Source of the DNA: Pseudomonadota bacterium
GTDB lineage: Bacteria; Pseudomonadota; Gammaproteobacteria; Burkholderiales; JACQAP01
Reading direction: 5' to 3'
Length of the DNA: 64,000 nt
NCBI GenBank assembly: GCA_038040175.1
Contig: JBBPIT010000009.1
Location: 6,931 to 70,930 of the forward strand
Made by a program: the position numbers and the translations under genes
The notes under the pieces: model-generated
The model's database searches: none
What the model was told of the DNA's origin: nothing
What the model saw: the letters and a program-made list of their open reading frames with translations, nothing else
Shown: in pieces, positions 9,866 through 19,097 of the stretch
How the letters are laid out: every line of letters begins with the position of its first letter
Numbering within the stretch: the first letter of the stretch is position 1

Positions 9866-10123
9866 TCACTTCTTTTCGAACTTGTACTCGGCATCCGGCG
9901 CGACCTTGCCTTCGCAGGCTGCGGCCATATTCCTCTTGGCGTTGTTACACGCGATGTTCGCCTGGGTGAAAATGTCGTTGGGATCATTTTTGCCTTCACA
10001 GTAGTACTCGTGCTGTTTCTTCGCGTCCGCGCAGGTGCCGCCTCGCGTGTCTTTCTCCGCCGCAATGCCGACGGTCGCGGCAAGTCCCAGGACTAATGCG
10101 GCGATCAAGGAATGTGCTTTCAA
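9866..10123 (-). CDS. Small secreted 4-Cys lysine-tailed protein, paralog A
   Basis: 85 aa. The TTG start lies 6 nt after AGGAGG. Signal peptide, then GTCADAKKQHEYYCEG...ACNNAKRNMAAACEGKVAPDAEYKFEKK. Confidence 0.7.
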   Translation of the reverse strand: MKAHSLIAALVLGLAATVGIAAEKDTRGGTCADAKKQHEYYCEGKNDPNDIFTQANIACNNAKRNMAAACEGKVAPDAEYKFEKK

Positions 10124-10188
10124 AGGTACCTCCTTTTCGTGGCAGAACCTTCAGTAGTGCAATTCAAGTTGCGCTGGGAGCGGGGCGA

Positions 10189-10458
10189 CTACTTCTTCTT
10201 CTTGTCGTCGAACTCATACGTCTTGTCCGGCTCAACAATGCCTTCACAGGCTTCTTTGACGTTGTTCTTGGCGTTCGTGCAGGCGGTGCCGATGGCCACC
10301 ATGCTGTCGCTCGCCGCATTAGCGGGATTGCAGAAGTATTCCCTCTGGCTCTTGGCATCCTTGCATGTGCCGACGCGCGTTTTCTTCGAATCGTCGGCGG
10401 CAAAAGACAGTGAGGTGAGCACCAGAGGCAGGACAAGCAAAAAGCCGAGTCGCATCAT
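10189..10458 (-). CDS. Small secreted 4-Cys lysine-tailed protein, paralog B
   Basis: Trimmed to the ATG at 10458, which follows GGAGGAG. Sequence MMRLGFLLVLPLVLTSLSFA then GTCKDAKSQREYFCNP...ACTNAKNNVKEACEGIVEPDKTYEFDDKKKK. It is colinear with paralog A. Confidence 0.7.
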   Translation of the reverse strand: MMRLGFLLVLPLVLTSLSFAADDSKKTRVGTCKDAKSQREYFCNPANAASDSMVAIGTACTNAKNNVKEACEGIVEPDKTYEFDDKKKK

Positions 10459-10981
10459 CTTTACTCCTCCCAAGTTGAAAAATACGCAGTTCGTGAAAAG
10501 TTGGGTCCGATCCGTCGGAAATTCGGAAGAGGCTTGCGTAAACGGCCTGCCGCGTTGAATGCGGGAGCGCGTTCACTCAACCTCGCGTCCGTAAGCGCGG
10601 GCTGCTGCGGTGCGTCAAGGCTCGTTTGAAACAGGCAACGAAACCACAGCGATCAGGCCGCCCCTCGTTTTGCACTCTACGCTCACCAAAAATGCATCGT
10701 CAACGAAAATTCACTCTGCCGGTGCGGATTCATTGTCTGGAACGGCGCGGATGGAGAATTCGGCGGTCTTCGGTTGGTGGGAACAGCGCTCAGGGGGCAG
10801 GCAGGCGGACCGAGGTACCGCCAACTCGGTCACCCGCTCCCTCTTCCGTGACTGTACAGGGCAGAGGAGGGGATACATCATGGCGTACGCGAGAAGATAT
10901 ATATAACTGTCTAACGCCAGAAGGATTTTGAATCGTGCCTGTCCCCGCTCCCTTGTCCTATCCCCCAACTGCCAGCCGCCT

Positions 10982-12076
10982 TTACGCAGCGGCGAACCGC
11001 TGGACAGCGTCCTCATTCCAGGCTATGCCGGCGCCCGGCCGGTCGGGGATGATCACGTTGCCGTTCTTCACCTCGAAAGGCTCCGGCAGGATCGGATTGG
11101 CCCAGTCCATGTATTCCAGCCAGTGGCAGGTCGGCGTCACCGCCAGCAGGTGGGCGCTGATTTCCGGGAACAGATGGCTGGACATTTCGAGGTTGTGCGC
11201 GTGCGCGAGCGCGGCGGCACGCATCCAGCCGGTGACGCCGCCGATGCGCTGTACGTCGGGCATGTAGTACTCGGCGGCCTTGGCTTCGATCGCCTTCTGC
11301 ATTTCGAAGGTGCTGAGCAGGTTCTCGCCGATCTGGATTGGCGTCTTCACCTCTAGCGCGATCTTCGCGCAGCCGGCGTAGTTGTCGTGGCGGACCGGTT
11401 CCTCGATCCAGTACAGGCCTTCATTGTCGAGTGCGCGTCCGCGCAGGATGGCCTCGTTTACCGTCTGGCTCTGGTTGAAGTCGGTCATGAGCGCGATGTC
11501 GCCGCCGATGCGCTTCTTCACGTTGCGCACCGCGGTCAGGTCGTCCTTGAAATTCGGTCGCCCGATGCGCAGCTTTACCGCGCTGTAGCCGCCCTCCGAA
11601 AGCAATTCCGCCGCTTCGTCCGCGAGCAACGCCGGATCCTTGATCCACAAACCGCAGCTGTTGTACGCACGCACCGGCCTGATCTGTCCGCCCAGTGCGC
11701 AGACCAGTGGCACTCCGAGTCCCTTGGCATAGGCGTCCCATGCCGCCATGTCGATTCCCGCGAGCGCAAGGCCGACCAGCCCGGGCGTGTCGAACAGCGT
11801 GAAGCGCTTGCGCAGCTTGGCGTCGATCTCGTACGGCACCAGCGCATCGCCCTTGATCATCTCGGCCACGGCCTCGGTGGTGCTGACCAGAGGCTTCAGC
11901 ATCGCCTTGCCGTACGCGGCCAGATACGAATGCCCGGTGATGCCTTCGCCGGTGTCCACGTCCACCAGCACCAGCGCCGCTTCCGGCAGCGCGCCTGACG
12001 CCGATATCGGGGGGCGCTTCAGCGGCACCAACACTGCTCTGGCACGGATGTTCTTTATTTTCAGTTTCATTTTCAT
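10982..12076 (-). CDS. Enolase-superfamily enzyme (mandelate racemase / muconate lactonizing enzyme family)
   Basis: 364 aa, with RAVLVPLKRP...VLVDVDTGEGITGHSYL, KLRIGRPNFKDDL, LMTDFNQS, WIEEP and the MPDVQRIGGVTGW pattern. Confidence 0.85.
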   Translation of the reverse strand: MKMKLKIKNIRARAVLVPLKRPPISASGALPEAALVLVDVDTGEGITGHSYLAAYGKAMLKPLVSTTEAVAEMIKGDALVPYEIDAKLRKRFTLFDTPGLVGLALAGIDMAAWDAYAKGLGVPLVCALGGQIRPVRAYNSCGLWIKDPALLADEAAELLSEGGYSAVKLRIGRPNFKDDLTAVRNVKKRIGGDIALMTDFNQSQTVNEAILRGRALDNEGLYWIEEPVRHDNYAGCAKIALEVKTPIQIGENLLSTFEMQKAIEAKAAEYYMPDVQRIGGVTGWMRAAALAHAHNLEMSSHLFPEISAHLLAVTPTCHWLEYMDWANPILPEPFEVKNGNVIIPDRPGAGIAWNEDAVQRFAAA

Positions 12077-12120
12077 CTCCTAAAGGCGGATACCGCTAAC
12101 CGCAGAGGCGCAAAGGGTTT

Positions 12121-13056
12121 TCAGACCTGCGCTTCGGCGGGGCGGCCGTGGGCGTAGAGCTTGAGCGCCGCGTACACGAAATGGTTAGCCGGTGTCGGGA
12201 TGCCGAGTTCGTCGCCGAGCTTGGCCACGGTGCCTGACAGCCACGGCAGTTCCAGCCGACTGCCGCGGCGCAAATCGCCGCACATCGATGCCACCATCGT
12301 AGACGGATAGTTATCGACCTTGGACATCTGGTCGGCGATGAGCCCGGCATCGAATTTCACCCCCCTGGCTTTGCCGATCGCCACTACTTCTTCCATCACC
12401 TGTTGCATCAGGGCGCGGGTATCGGGGTCGGAGCGGATCGGCCCGATCGGCATCCGGGTCAGCGAAGTCAGCGCCGACAGCGTAACCAGGCGCACGAACT
12501 TTTCCCAGATCGCCCTGTTGATGTCGGTGACCAGCTCGGCCTGGACGTTGGCTATCTTGCAGGCAACGAGAAACGCCTGCGATCGTGGAGAGGGTTTGCC
12601 GTCGAGTTCACCGAAGAACAGGTTGGCCATGTTGCCGTTGTGGCGGATCAAGCCAGGCTCTTCGATGAGCGCGGCAATGTTCGCTACGCCACCCATGACG
12701 TGTTCCTTGCCGAGGATCGGCAGCAGCGTATCCACGGCGATCACGCCGTTCTGGAAAGACACCGCGACGGTGTTCGGACCGATCAACGGCTTGGCGGACT
12801 GCGCCGCTTCTTCGGTGCCCCAGAGCTTCACCGCGATTATGACGACATCGACCGGACCGATGATCGCCGCGTCTCTGGTGGCCTTCACTTCCGGTAAATG
12901 CAGATCGCCGAGTGCGCTCAACACCTTGAGCCCGTTTTTCTGCATGGCTTCGAGGTGCGCGCCGCGGGCGACGAAAGTGACGTCCTGTCCGCTGGCAGCC
13001 AGACGCGCGCCGAAATAGCCGCCGACCCCGCCGCTGCCGATGATCGCAATCTTCAT
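12121..13056 (-). CDS. panE: 2-dehydropantoate 2-reductase (ketopantoate reductase family)
   Basis: 311 aa. MKIAIIGSGGVGGYFGARLAASGQDVTFVARG is the Rossmann fold; the C-terminal ApbA_C-like part contains STMVASMCGDLRRGSRLELPWLSGTV. Confidence 0.8.
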   Translation of the reverse strand: MKIAIIGSGGVGGYFGARLAASGQDVTFVARGAHLEAMQKNGLKVLSALGDLHLPEVKATRDAAIIGPVDVVIIAVKLWGTEEAAQSAKPLIGPNTVAVSFQNGVIAVDTLLPILGKEHVMGGVANIAALIEEPGLIRHNGNMANLFFGELDGKPSPRSQAFLVACKIANVQAELVTDINRAIWEKFVRLVTLSALTSLTRMPIGPIRSDPDTRALMQQVMEEVVAIGKARGVKFDAGLIADQMSKVDNYPSTMVASMCGDLRRGSRLELPWLSGTVAKLGDELGIPTPANHFVYAALKLYAHGRPAEAQV

Positions 13057-13198
13057 TGCTGGTTTGCCGTTCAGGTCGAAAGGATGAAAGGATCGTCATG
13101 GTAGACGCTCGGCGCTGTTTTTTGAACCGGCTTCATTGCGGCAGACGGCTATGGGGGCATAAAATTCGTGCCGTAGTCCGCCGAACCGGCAATCGAGC

Positions 13199-14440
13199 AT
13201 GGCGCATATGCCGCAACAGACCGAGGACAGGATGAATCGCCCCGAAAAGCTTCCCCGCAACGCCAGTCCGCACATCGCCTCGCGCATGGCCGGCATCGAG
13301 CCGTTCCACGTGATGGCACTCATCGCGCGGGCAAGGGAGCTGGAGGCGCAGGGGCGGAGCATCTCGAACATGGTGGTGGGTGAGCCCGATGCACCCACCC
13401 CGCCGTTGATCGCAGAGGCCGGCGTCCGCGCGATCCAGGCCGGCCGGATCGGCTATACCCAGTCGCTGGGCATCACCGAGTTGAGGGACGCGATCTCGGA
13501 GTGGTACCGCACGCGCTACGGTGTCGAAGTGCCGCGCTCTCGGATCGCGGTGACCACCGGCTCTTCGGGCGCGCTGCTGCTGACGATGGGTGCGCTTCTT
13601 TCGCCCGGAGACCGGGTGCTGATGACCGATCCCGGCTATCCGTGCAACCGGCATTTCGTGCGCGCAATGGAGGGCGATCCGGTCGGCGTCGCAGTGGATG
13701 CTTCGACCGCATACCAACTCACCGCCAAATTGGTGGAGAAGCACTGGACGCCGAAAACGGCGGCGGTGCTGATCGCTTCGCCGTCGAACCCGACCGGCAC
13801 ACTGATCGCTCACGATGAGCTCGAGCGCATTCACGCCGTGGTGCGCGCGCGTGGCGGGGTCCTGATCGTGGATGAGATCTACCATGGCCTGACGTATGGA
13901 CAGCGCGACCGCAGTGCGCTCGAGTTCGCCGATGACGTCTTCATCATCAACAGCTTTTCCAAGTATTTCGGTATGACCGGCTGGCGTCTGGGGTGGATGG
14001 TGGTGCCGCAGGAATTCATGCCGGCGGTGGACAAGCTGGCGCAGAACCTTTTCATCTCTTCCTCGGAATTGGCGCAGAAGGCGGCGCTCGCCGCATTCCA
14101 TCCCGATACCACCGCACTGCTGGAACAGCGCCGCGACGCCTTCCGCGCGCAGCGCGATTTCCTGGTGCCGGAACTGCGCAGCCTGGGCTTCGACATCCCG
14201 GTGATGCCGGAGGGTGCGTTCTACATCTATGCGAACTGCGAACGGCTCACGTCCGACAGCTATCAGTTTTGCTGGGACCTGCTGGAGAAAGCCGGCGTGG
14301 CGATCGCGCCGGGAATCGACTTCGGCGGCCATCGGGCGAAGCAGCACGTGCGTTTCTCGTATCCGAAGCCCATCCCCGTCCTGCGGGAGGGAGTGGAACG
14401 GTTGCGCAAGTATCTGGGCGAATTGACGACGCAACCGTGA
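13199..14440 (+). CDS. PLP-dependent aminotransferase, class I/II (aspartate aminotransferase-like)
   Basis: 413 aa with ISNMVVGEPDAPTP, YTQSLGITELRDAISEWY, SPSNPTGT and SFSKYFGMTGWRLGW (PLP lysine motif). The start could be a downstream Met. Confidence 0.85.
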   Translation: MAHMPQQTEDRMNRPEKLPRNASPHIASRMAGIEPFHVMALIARARELEAQGRSISNMVVGEPDAPTPPLIAEAGVRAIQAGRIGYTQSLGITELRDAISEWYRTRYGVEVPRSRIAVTTGSSGALLLTMGALLSPGDRVLMTDPGYPCNRHFVRAMEGDPVGVAVDASTAYQLTAKLVEKHWTPKTAAVLIASPSNPTGTLIAHDELERIHAVVRARGGVLIVDEIYHGLTYGQRDRSALEFADDVFIINSFSKYFGMTGWRLGWMVVPQEFMPAVDKLAQNLFISSSELAQKAALAAFHPDTTALLEQRRDAFRAQRDFLVPELRSLGFDIPVMPEGAFYIYANCERLTSDSYQFCWDLLEKAGVAIAPGIDFGGHRAKQHVRFSYPKPIPVLREGVERLRKYLGELTTQP

Positions 14441-14643
14441 AGGGGGAATGCGTGAAGGGTGAAGGGTAAAGGCGTAAAGCCGCTCGAAAATAGCGAGCAT
14501 CCCGAGGATTTTTCAAGGATACGTTATTGCTCATGCATTGCTTTCATCTGATCGGAGACTCACTCACCATGCTTTTGCATGGCCGATCTCTCCACTTGAC
14601 CACCGTCTTGCACCCTTCACCCTTCACCCTTCACTCATTCACG
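14436..14643. repeat. Two-armed heptamer-repeat element (GTGAAGG arm ... CCTTCAC arm)
   Basis: Left arm cgtgaagggggaatgcgtgaagggtgaagggtaaaggcgtaaag (14436-14479) contains the TGA stop of the aminotransferase. Right arm cacccttcacccttcacccttcactcattcacg (14611-14643) ends 5 nt before the ATG at 14649. Confidence 0.9.
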
Positions 14644-14648
14644 AATTT

Positions 14649-15515
14649 ATGACTTTCATGCCCGGCATGCAGCGGCAAACCGTGCCCGCCAACGGCGTGC
14701 GCATCAACGCGTGGGTCGGCGGCAAGGGTGAACCGGTGGTGCTGCTCCACGGTTATCCGCAGACCGGACAGATGTGGCGCAAAATCGTACCCAGCCTGCT
14801 CGATCAGTTCACCGTGGTGTGCCCCGACTTGCGCGGGTACGGCGACTCCGACAAGCCGCGTGACGGTTACGACAAGCGCAGCATGGCGAAAGACATCAGC
14901 GAGGTGATGTCCGTGCTAGGATTTGAAAGCTATGGGCTGGTCGGACACGACCGCGGCGCGCGGGTGGCGCACCGGTTGGCGATGGATTACCCGGACGAAG
15001 TGAGAAACCTCACCGTCCTCGATATCGTGCCCACGCACACCGTGTTCCGGGACACCGGCAAGGAACTCGCCGCCGCGTACTGGCACTGGTTCTTCTTCCA
15101 GGTGCCGGATCTGCCCGAGATCATGATTGCCAACAGCGCCGAGCCCTTCCTGCGGCACATGTTCCGGGCGTTGTGCTTTCGCCAGGACACGATCGAGGAG
15201 CCGATGTTCCAGGAGTACCTGCGCGCCTTCAGGCTGCCCGGGACGATCCGCGCAGGACTCGAGGACTATCGCGCGGCGGCGACCGTGGACATTGCCGACG
15301 ACGAACGCGACCTGGGGAAAAAGCTTGCCTGCCCGGTTCTGGCGATCTGGGGCGAGTACGGCAAGATGCACACCCTGTTCGACGTGTTGGGCACCTGGAA
15401 GGAGAAGGCCGCCAACGTGCGCGGCCACCCGGTGCAGTGCGGCCATTTCATTCCCGAAGAAGCGCCGGACGAGTTGTTGCGCGACCTTATTCCCTTCCTT
15501 TTGGAAGCATCCTAG
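14649..15515 (+). CDS. Alpha/beta hydrolase (haloacetate dehalogenase / epoxide hydrolase-like subfamily)
   Basis: ORF 14538..15515, trimmed to MTFMPGMQ because the upstream part is translated repeat. VVLLHGYPQTGQMWRKIVPSL...CPDLRGYGDSDKP...LVGHDRGARVAHR; the C-terminus contains GHFIPEEAPDEL. Confidence 0.85.
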   Translation: MTFMPGMQRQTVPANGVRINAWVGGKGEPVVLLHGYPQTGQMWRKIVPSLLDQFTVVCPDLRGYGDSDKPRDGYDKRSMAKDISEVMSVLGFESYGLVGHDRGARVAHRLAMDYPDEVRNLTVLDIVPTHTVFRDTGKELAAAYWHWFFFQVPDLPEIMIANSAEPFLRHMFRALCFRQDTIEEPMFQEYLRAFRLPGTIRAGLEDYRAAATVDIADDERDLGKKLACPVLAIWGEYGKMHTLFDVLGTWKEKAANVRGHPVQCGHFIPEEAPDELLRDLIPFLLEAS

Positions 15516-15587
15516 GAACCCGGTCCGCAGGTGCCGGTCTATCCATTGGACCGGGCAATCATCCGGTCCGATTTGCAGGAGGTGAGC

Positions 15588-16454
15588 TTGAAGCTTCGGT
15601 CCTTGATTCTTTCTGCCTTTCTCTCCCTGTCCTGTGCCGCGTGGGCGGTCGAACAGGAAGAGACCTTCACCGATCTCACGCCGGGCCAGGACATGCTCGA
15701 TCCGGCCAACCTTGCTCAGCTTCTGCGCCAGGGCGACGTTCGAGCGTTGAACAACGTCGGCCTGCTCTGGGCCAAAGGCTACAACGGCAAGCAAAGCTAC
15801 ATTGAAGCGCTGAACTGGTGGAAGGAAGCGGCCAAGCGCGGCTATACGGTGGCGATGAACAACATCGGGTTGATGTACGCCAACGGCCACGGCGTGGCGC
15901 AGGACTTCAAGGAGGCGTTCAAGTGGTGGCACCAGGCGGCGTTTCTCGGCAACGCCTGGGCAATGAACAACGTCGGCGATCTCTACGAGAACGGTCTCGG
16001 CGTCGAGCAGAACCTGATGATGGCGATGACCTGGTACCAGAGTGCCGCCGAGCAGGGCGAGCGCATGGCGATGTACAACATCGGCTTGTTCTACGAAGCA
16101 GGCAAGGGCGTCGATCGCGACTACGCGGCGGCGTTGAACTGGTTCCGCAAGGCCGCGGACAAGGGCGACGCTTCGGCGGTGCACAGCATCGGCGCGATGT
16201 ATGCGGAAGGGCGCGGCGTGGGCGCCGATCCCGTGGAAGCGCATGCGTGGTATAGGGTTGCCGACTTGCGTTATCCGCCCGAGGATGCCGGCGAGGCGAA
16301 GCGGAACCGGCGCGATCTCGACGAACTCGGCGCGCGGCTCGATCCGGAGCAGCTTGCGCGGGCGAAGGACAGGGCGGCCGCCATCGAGGCGCTGACCCGG
16401 CCCGCGGCGCCGGAGTCACCGAAACCTCTCGGCCCCGGCGAGAAGGCCACTTGA
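15588..16454 (+). CDS. Secreted Sel1-repeat (TPR-like) protein
   Basis: ORF 15531..16454. The likely TTG start at 15588 lies 5 nt after AGGAGG. Signal LKLRSLILSAFLSLSCAAWA, followed by at least 6 Sel1 repeats (A..W..KAA..G...A..N.G..Y..G.GV..D). Confidence 0.85.
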   Translation: MKLRSLILSAFLSLSCAAWAVEQEETFTDLTPGQDMLDPANLAQLLRQGDVRALNNVGLLWAKGYNGKQSYIEALNWWKEAAKRGYTVAMNNIGLMYANGHGVAQDFKEAFKWWHQAAFLGNAWAMNNVGDLYENGLGVEQNLMMAMTWYQSAAEQGERMAMYNIGLFYEAGKGVDRDYAAALNWFRKAADKGDASAVHSIGAMYAEGRGVGADPVEAHAWYRVADLRYPPEDAGEAKRNRRDLDELGARLDPEQLARAKDRAAAIEALTRPAAPESPKPLGPGEKAT

Positions 16455-16469
16455 CTTCAATAATTTCTT

Positions 16470-16651
16470 AACACGAAGGAACACGAAGGGAAAACAAAAT
16501 CACACGAAGGAAAAACTGATAACCGGTCTGGCGCGCAAAGCGTCATCAATTTCCCCAGCAGAGATCGCGTATCAATTGACTCCCTTATTGTCTTCGTTAC
16601 TGCATCTCCTTCGTAATCCTTTCTTGCCTTTCCTTCGTGTTCCTTCGTGTT
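16470..16651. repeat. 182-bp MITE-like element with 20-bp perfect terminal inverted repeats made of ACACGAAGG units
   Basis: aacacgaaggaacacgaagg (16470-16489) is the exact reverse complement of ccttcgtgttccttcgtgtt (16632-16651). Extra cacgaagg/ccttcgt copies lie inside, and the interior is AT-richer. Confidence 0.9.
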
Positions 16652-16674
16652 GAGCGCGTTTCAAGGTTCCTTCA

Positions 16675-17012
16675 ATGTTGCACATCACCAACGGTGACAT
16701 CGCGGTCGAGCGGATGCGCGACGGCGGATTGCGCGGCGAATACCTGCCATGGCGCGACGCGCTGCACGAAGGGCCGGTGCCGGTCACTGCCACTCTGGAA
16801 GAACTTTCCGCCATCCGCCCCGGGAACTGGACGGTCCGGCGTTCGATTCCCAGCGCCTGAGGCTGACGCGCGCCGGCCACGAAGTCTTGGAGAACCGCAG
16901 GGACGCGGTTAAACTCCAGACGATAGACAGTTGGCTGGGTGGAACGCACCTTCTTCCCGGAACCATCTGGCGCTGGGACGGGGAGAAACAGCGGCTGTCG
17001 GCGCCGTCGTGA
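16675..17012 (+). pseudogene. Collapsed DUF1835/DUF3658-type gene (N- and C-terminal ends only, frameshifted)
   Basis: ORF 16675..16860 gives MLHITNGDIAVERMRDGGLRGEYLPWRDALHEGPVPVTATLEELSAIR, the DUF1835 N-terminal signature as I recall it. Another frame (16749..17012) gives LTRAGHEVLENRRDAVKLQTIDSWLGGTHLLPGTIWRWD, a C-terminal signature. The central roughly 200 aa are missing. Confidence 0.6.
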
Positions 17013-17047
17013 AACGCCGTTTTCCGCGGGCCGAGGAAAGGATTCGC

Positions 17048-17692
17048 ATGCGATTGTTTGCTTCTCGCCATCTGACCCGGACTCTCCTGCTGGGATTCCT
17101 GGTCGCGTTCAGCCTTGCGTGGCCCTCCCTCGCTGCCGACAAACACGCAAAGCCGAAGCCGAGCCGCGTCGAGCCCGCCGGCATGTACAGCAATTATGTG
17201 GATGAAGGTCAGACGGCGTTCGACAAGTATCTGGGCGACACCCGCCCGCTCACCGAAGCCGAACTGGTACCGGCCTTGCTGTCCGCGCTCGATCAGTTGT
17301 CCAAATACCCGCGGCCGGCTGTCGTGCCGGAAATCTTTCGCGTTTCTCAGGAGAGGCTCCAGGAGTTGTCGTGTACCTCCAAGTGCGGCGTGCTGGCCAC
17401 GTATCAGCCGGGCGAAGGGATTTTCCTGGACGAGCGCCTCAAGCCGGAAGCCAACCTGTTCGATCGTTCTGTGCTGTTGCACGAACTGGTGCATTACGTA
17501 CAGGAGCTCAATCACGAACGTGGAGACGCCAAGCCCTGTGAGCGCTGGTACTACCGCGAGGTCGAAGCGTACGCTATCCAGAAGACCTTCCTGATGCTGG
17601 TCGGCAGCCCGGTCCGGGTGGGTTACTCCGCCAACAAATCGACTTGCGACGCGCTGGACGATCGGCAGGCATCCAAGTCAAATCACCAGTAA
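17048..17692 (+). CDS. Secreted hypothetical protein with HExxH motif
   Basis: Internal ATG of ORF 16931..17692. Signal MRLFASRHLTRTLLLGFLVAFSLAWPSLAA, then the motif SVLLHELVHYVQ. I recognise no family. Confidence 0.55.
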   Translation: MRLFASRHLTRTLLLGFLVAFSLAWPSLAADKHAKPKPSRVEPAGMYSNYVDEGQTAFDKYLGDTRPLTEAELVPALLSALDQLSKYPRPAVVPEIFRVSQERLQELSCTSKCGVLATYQPGEGIFLDERLKPEANLFDRSVLLHELVHYVQELNHERGDAKPCERWYYREVEAYAIQKTFLMLVGSPVRVGYSANKSTCDALDDRQASKSNHQ

Positions 17693-17705
17693 GCCTCGTC
17701 CGCCG

Positions 17706-17740
17706 ACGGGCCGCCTGTAATCCGCAGGCGGCCCGTTGTC
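17706..17740 (+). terminator. Stem-loop after the HExxH protein gene
   Basis: ACGGGCCGCCTG-taatccg-CAGGCGGCCCGT, a 12-bp stem, followed by a weak T tract (tgtcttc). Confidence 0.55.
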
Positions 17741-17845
17741 TTCCCGCCGTCATTCGCGGCGAGTATCAAACGGATTGCGGCAATATATTGGACGACTGCT
17801 CGCGCAAGGCCAACAATCGTTCCTGATACCTGACCCGGAGAAAGC

Positions 17846-19000
17846 ATGACCGCTGCCCCGACCCCGTTCCGGCTGCATGTCGGCGACGACGTGCTCGCCG
17901 ATCTCAAGTCGCGTCTCGCCCGCGTGCGCTGGCCGGACGAAGTGCCGGACAACCACTGGAAATACGGAACGGATCTGCCTTACCTGAAATCGCTGGTGGA
18001 GTACTGGCGCGACCGCTACGACTGGCGCAAGCACGAAGCCGGGATCAACCGCTTCAACCAGTACAAGGTCAGGCTCGCCGGAATCGACGTGCACTACATC
18101 CGCGAGGAAGGCAAAGGCCCGAAGCCGATGCCTCTGTTGATCTCGCATGGCTGGCCGGGATCGGTGCACGAATTCCACAAGCTGATTCCGATGCTCACCG
18201 ATCCGGCGCGCTTCGGCGGCGACGCGGCAGACGCGTTCACTGTCGTCGCGCCGTCGCTGCCGGGGTACACCTTCTCCTTTACGCCGAACCAGCAGCGCTT
18301 CTCGGTCGAACAAATTGCCGACTTATTTGCGGAGTTGATGACCCGTGTACTAGGTTGCAAGCGCTTTGCCGCGCAGGGCGGCGACTGGGGCGCGTTCGTC
18401 ACCTCGCGGCTGGGTTACGCCTACCCGCAGCATCTGGCGGGCATTCACCTGAATTTGCTTGGGCTCAGGCGCGACACGGCGATGCCGGAGAACCCCACCG
18501 AAGACGAGCGGCGCTATTTCGAGCAGCGTGCGCAGTGGATGAAGGAGGAGGTCGGTTACACCTGGATCCAGGGCACCAAGCCGCAGACGCTGGCCTATGC
18601 CCTCACCGATTCGCCGGTCGGGCTGGCGGCGTGGATCGTCGAGAAGTTCCACACCTGGAGCGACCACAAGGGCGACCTCGACGGCTACATCGGCCGCGAC
18701 GCGATGCTCACCAACATCATGCTGTACTGGGTGACCGGCGCGATCGGTTCGTCGTTCTGGCCCTACTACGCGCGCATGCACGGTCCCTGGCCGATCCCGG
18801 ACGGTGAGCGCATTCAGGTGCCGATGGGCTACGCCGAGTTCCCGAAGGAGATCCTGCGTCCGCCGCGCTCGCTTGCGGAAAAGATGTACGCCGACATCCG
18901 CCGCTGGACCAGGATGCCGAAGGGCGGGCACTTCGCCGCGCTCGAACAGCCGGAGCTGCTGGCACAGGACATCCGCGAGTTCTTCCGGCCGCTGCGATAA
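17846..19000 (+). CDS. Epoxide hydrolase (microsomal EH-like, with N-terminal EHN domain)
   Basis: 384 aa with FRLHVGDDVLADLKSRLARVRWPDE, YDWRKHEAGINRFNQYK, IDVHYIRE, LLISHGWPGSVHEF, QGGDWGA and a C-terminal GGHFAALEQPELLAQDIREFFRPLR. Confidence 0.9.
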   Translation: MTAAPTPFRLHVGDDVLADLKSRLARVRWPDEVPDNHWKYGTDLPYLKSLVEYWRDRYDWRKHEAGINRFNQYKVRLAGIDVHYIREEGKGPKPMPLLISHGWPGSVHEFHKLIPMLTDPARFGGDAADAFTVVAPSLPGYTFSFTPNQQRFSVEQIADLFAELMTRVLGCKRFAAQGGDWGAFVTSRLGYAYPQHLAGIHLNLLGLRRDTAMPENPTEDERRYFEQRAQWMKEEVGYTWIQGTKPQTLAYALTDSPVGLAAWIVEKFHTWSDHKGDLDGYIGRDAMLTNIMLYWVTGAIGSSFWPYYARMHGPWPIPDGERIQVPMGYAEFPKEILRPPRSLAEKMYADIRRWTRMPKGGHFAALEQPELLAQDIREFFRPLR

Positions 19001-19035
19001 GGCCGGCCGCGTGCAAGATGGAGCGACCGTAAGAA

Positions 19036-19074
19036 CGGTGAAGGCGTGAAGGGTGAATGAGTGAAGGGGTGACG
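19036..19074. repeat. Single-armed GTGAAGG-type heptamer array
   Basis: cggtgaaggcgtgaagggtgaatgagtgaaggggtgacg, five GTGA units, 36 nt after the epoxide hydrolase stop. No CCTTCAC partner arm is nearby. Confidence 0.85.
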
Positions 19075-19097
19075 ACGCCTCCCGCGAGCGGAACCCC

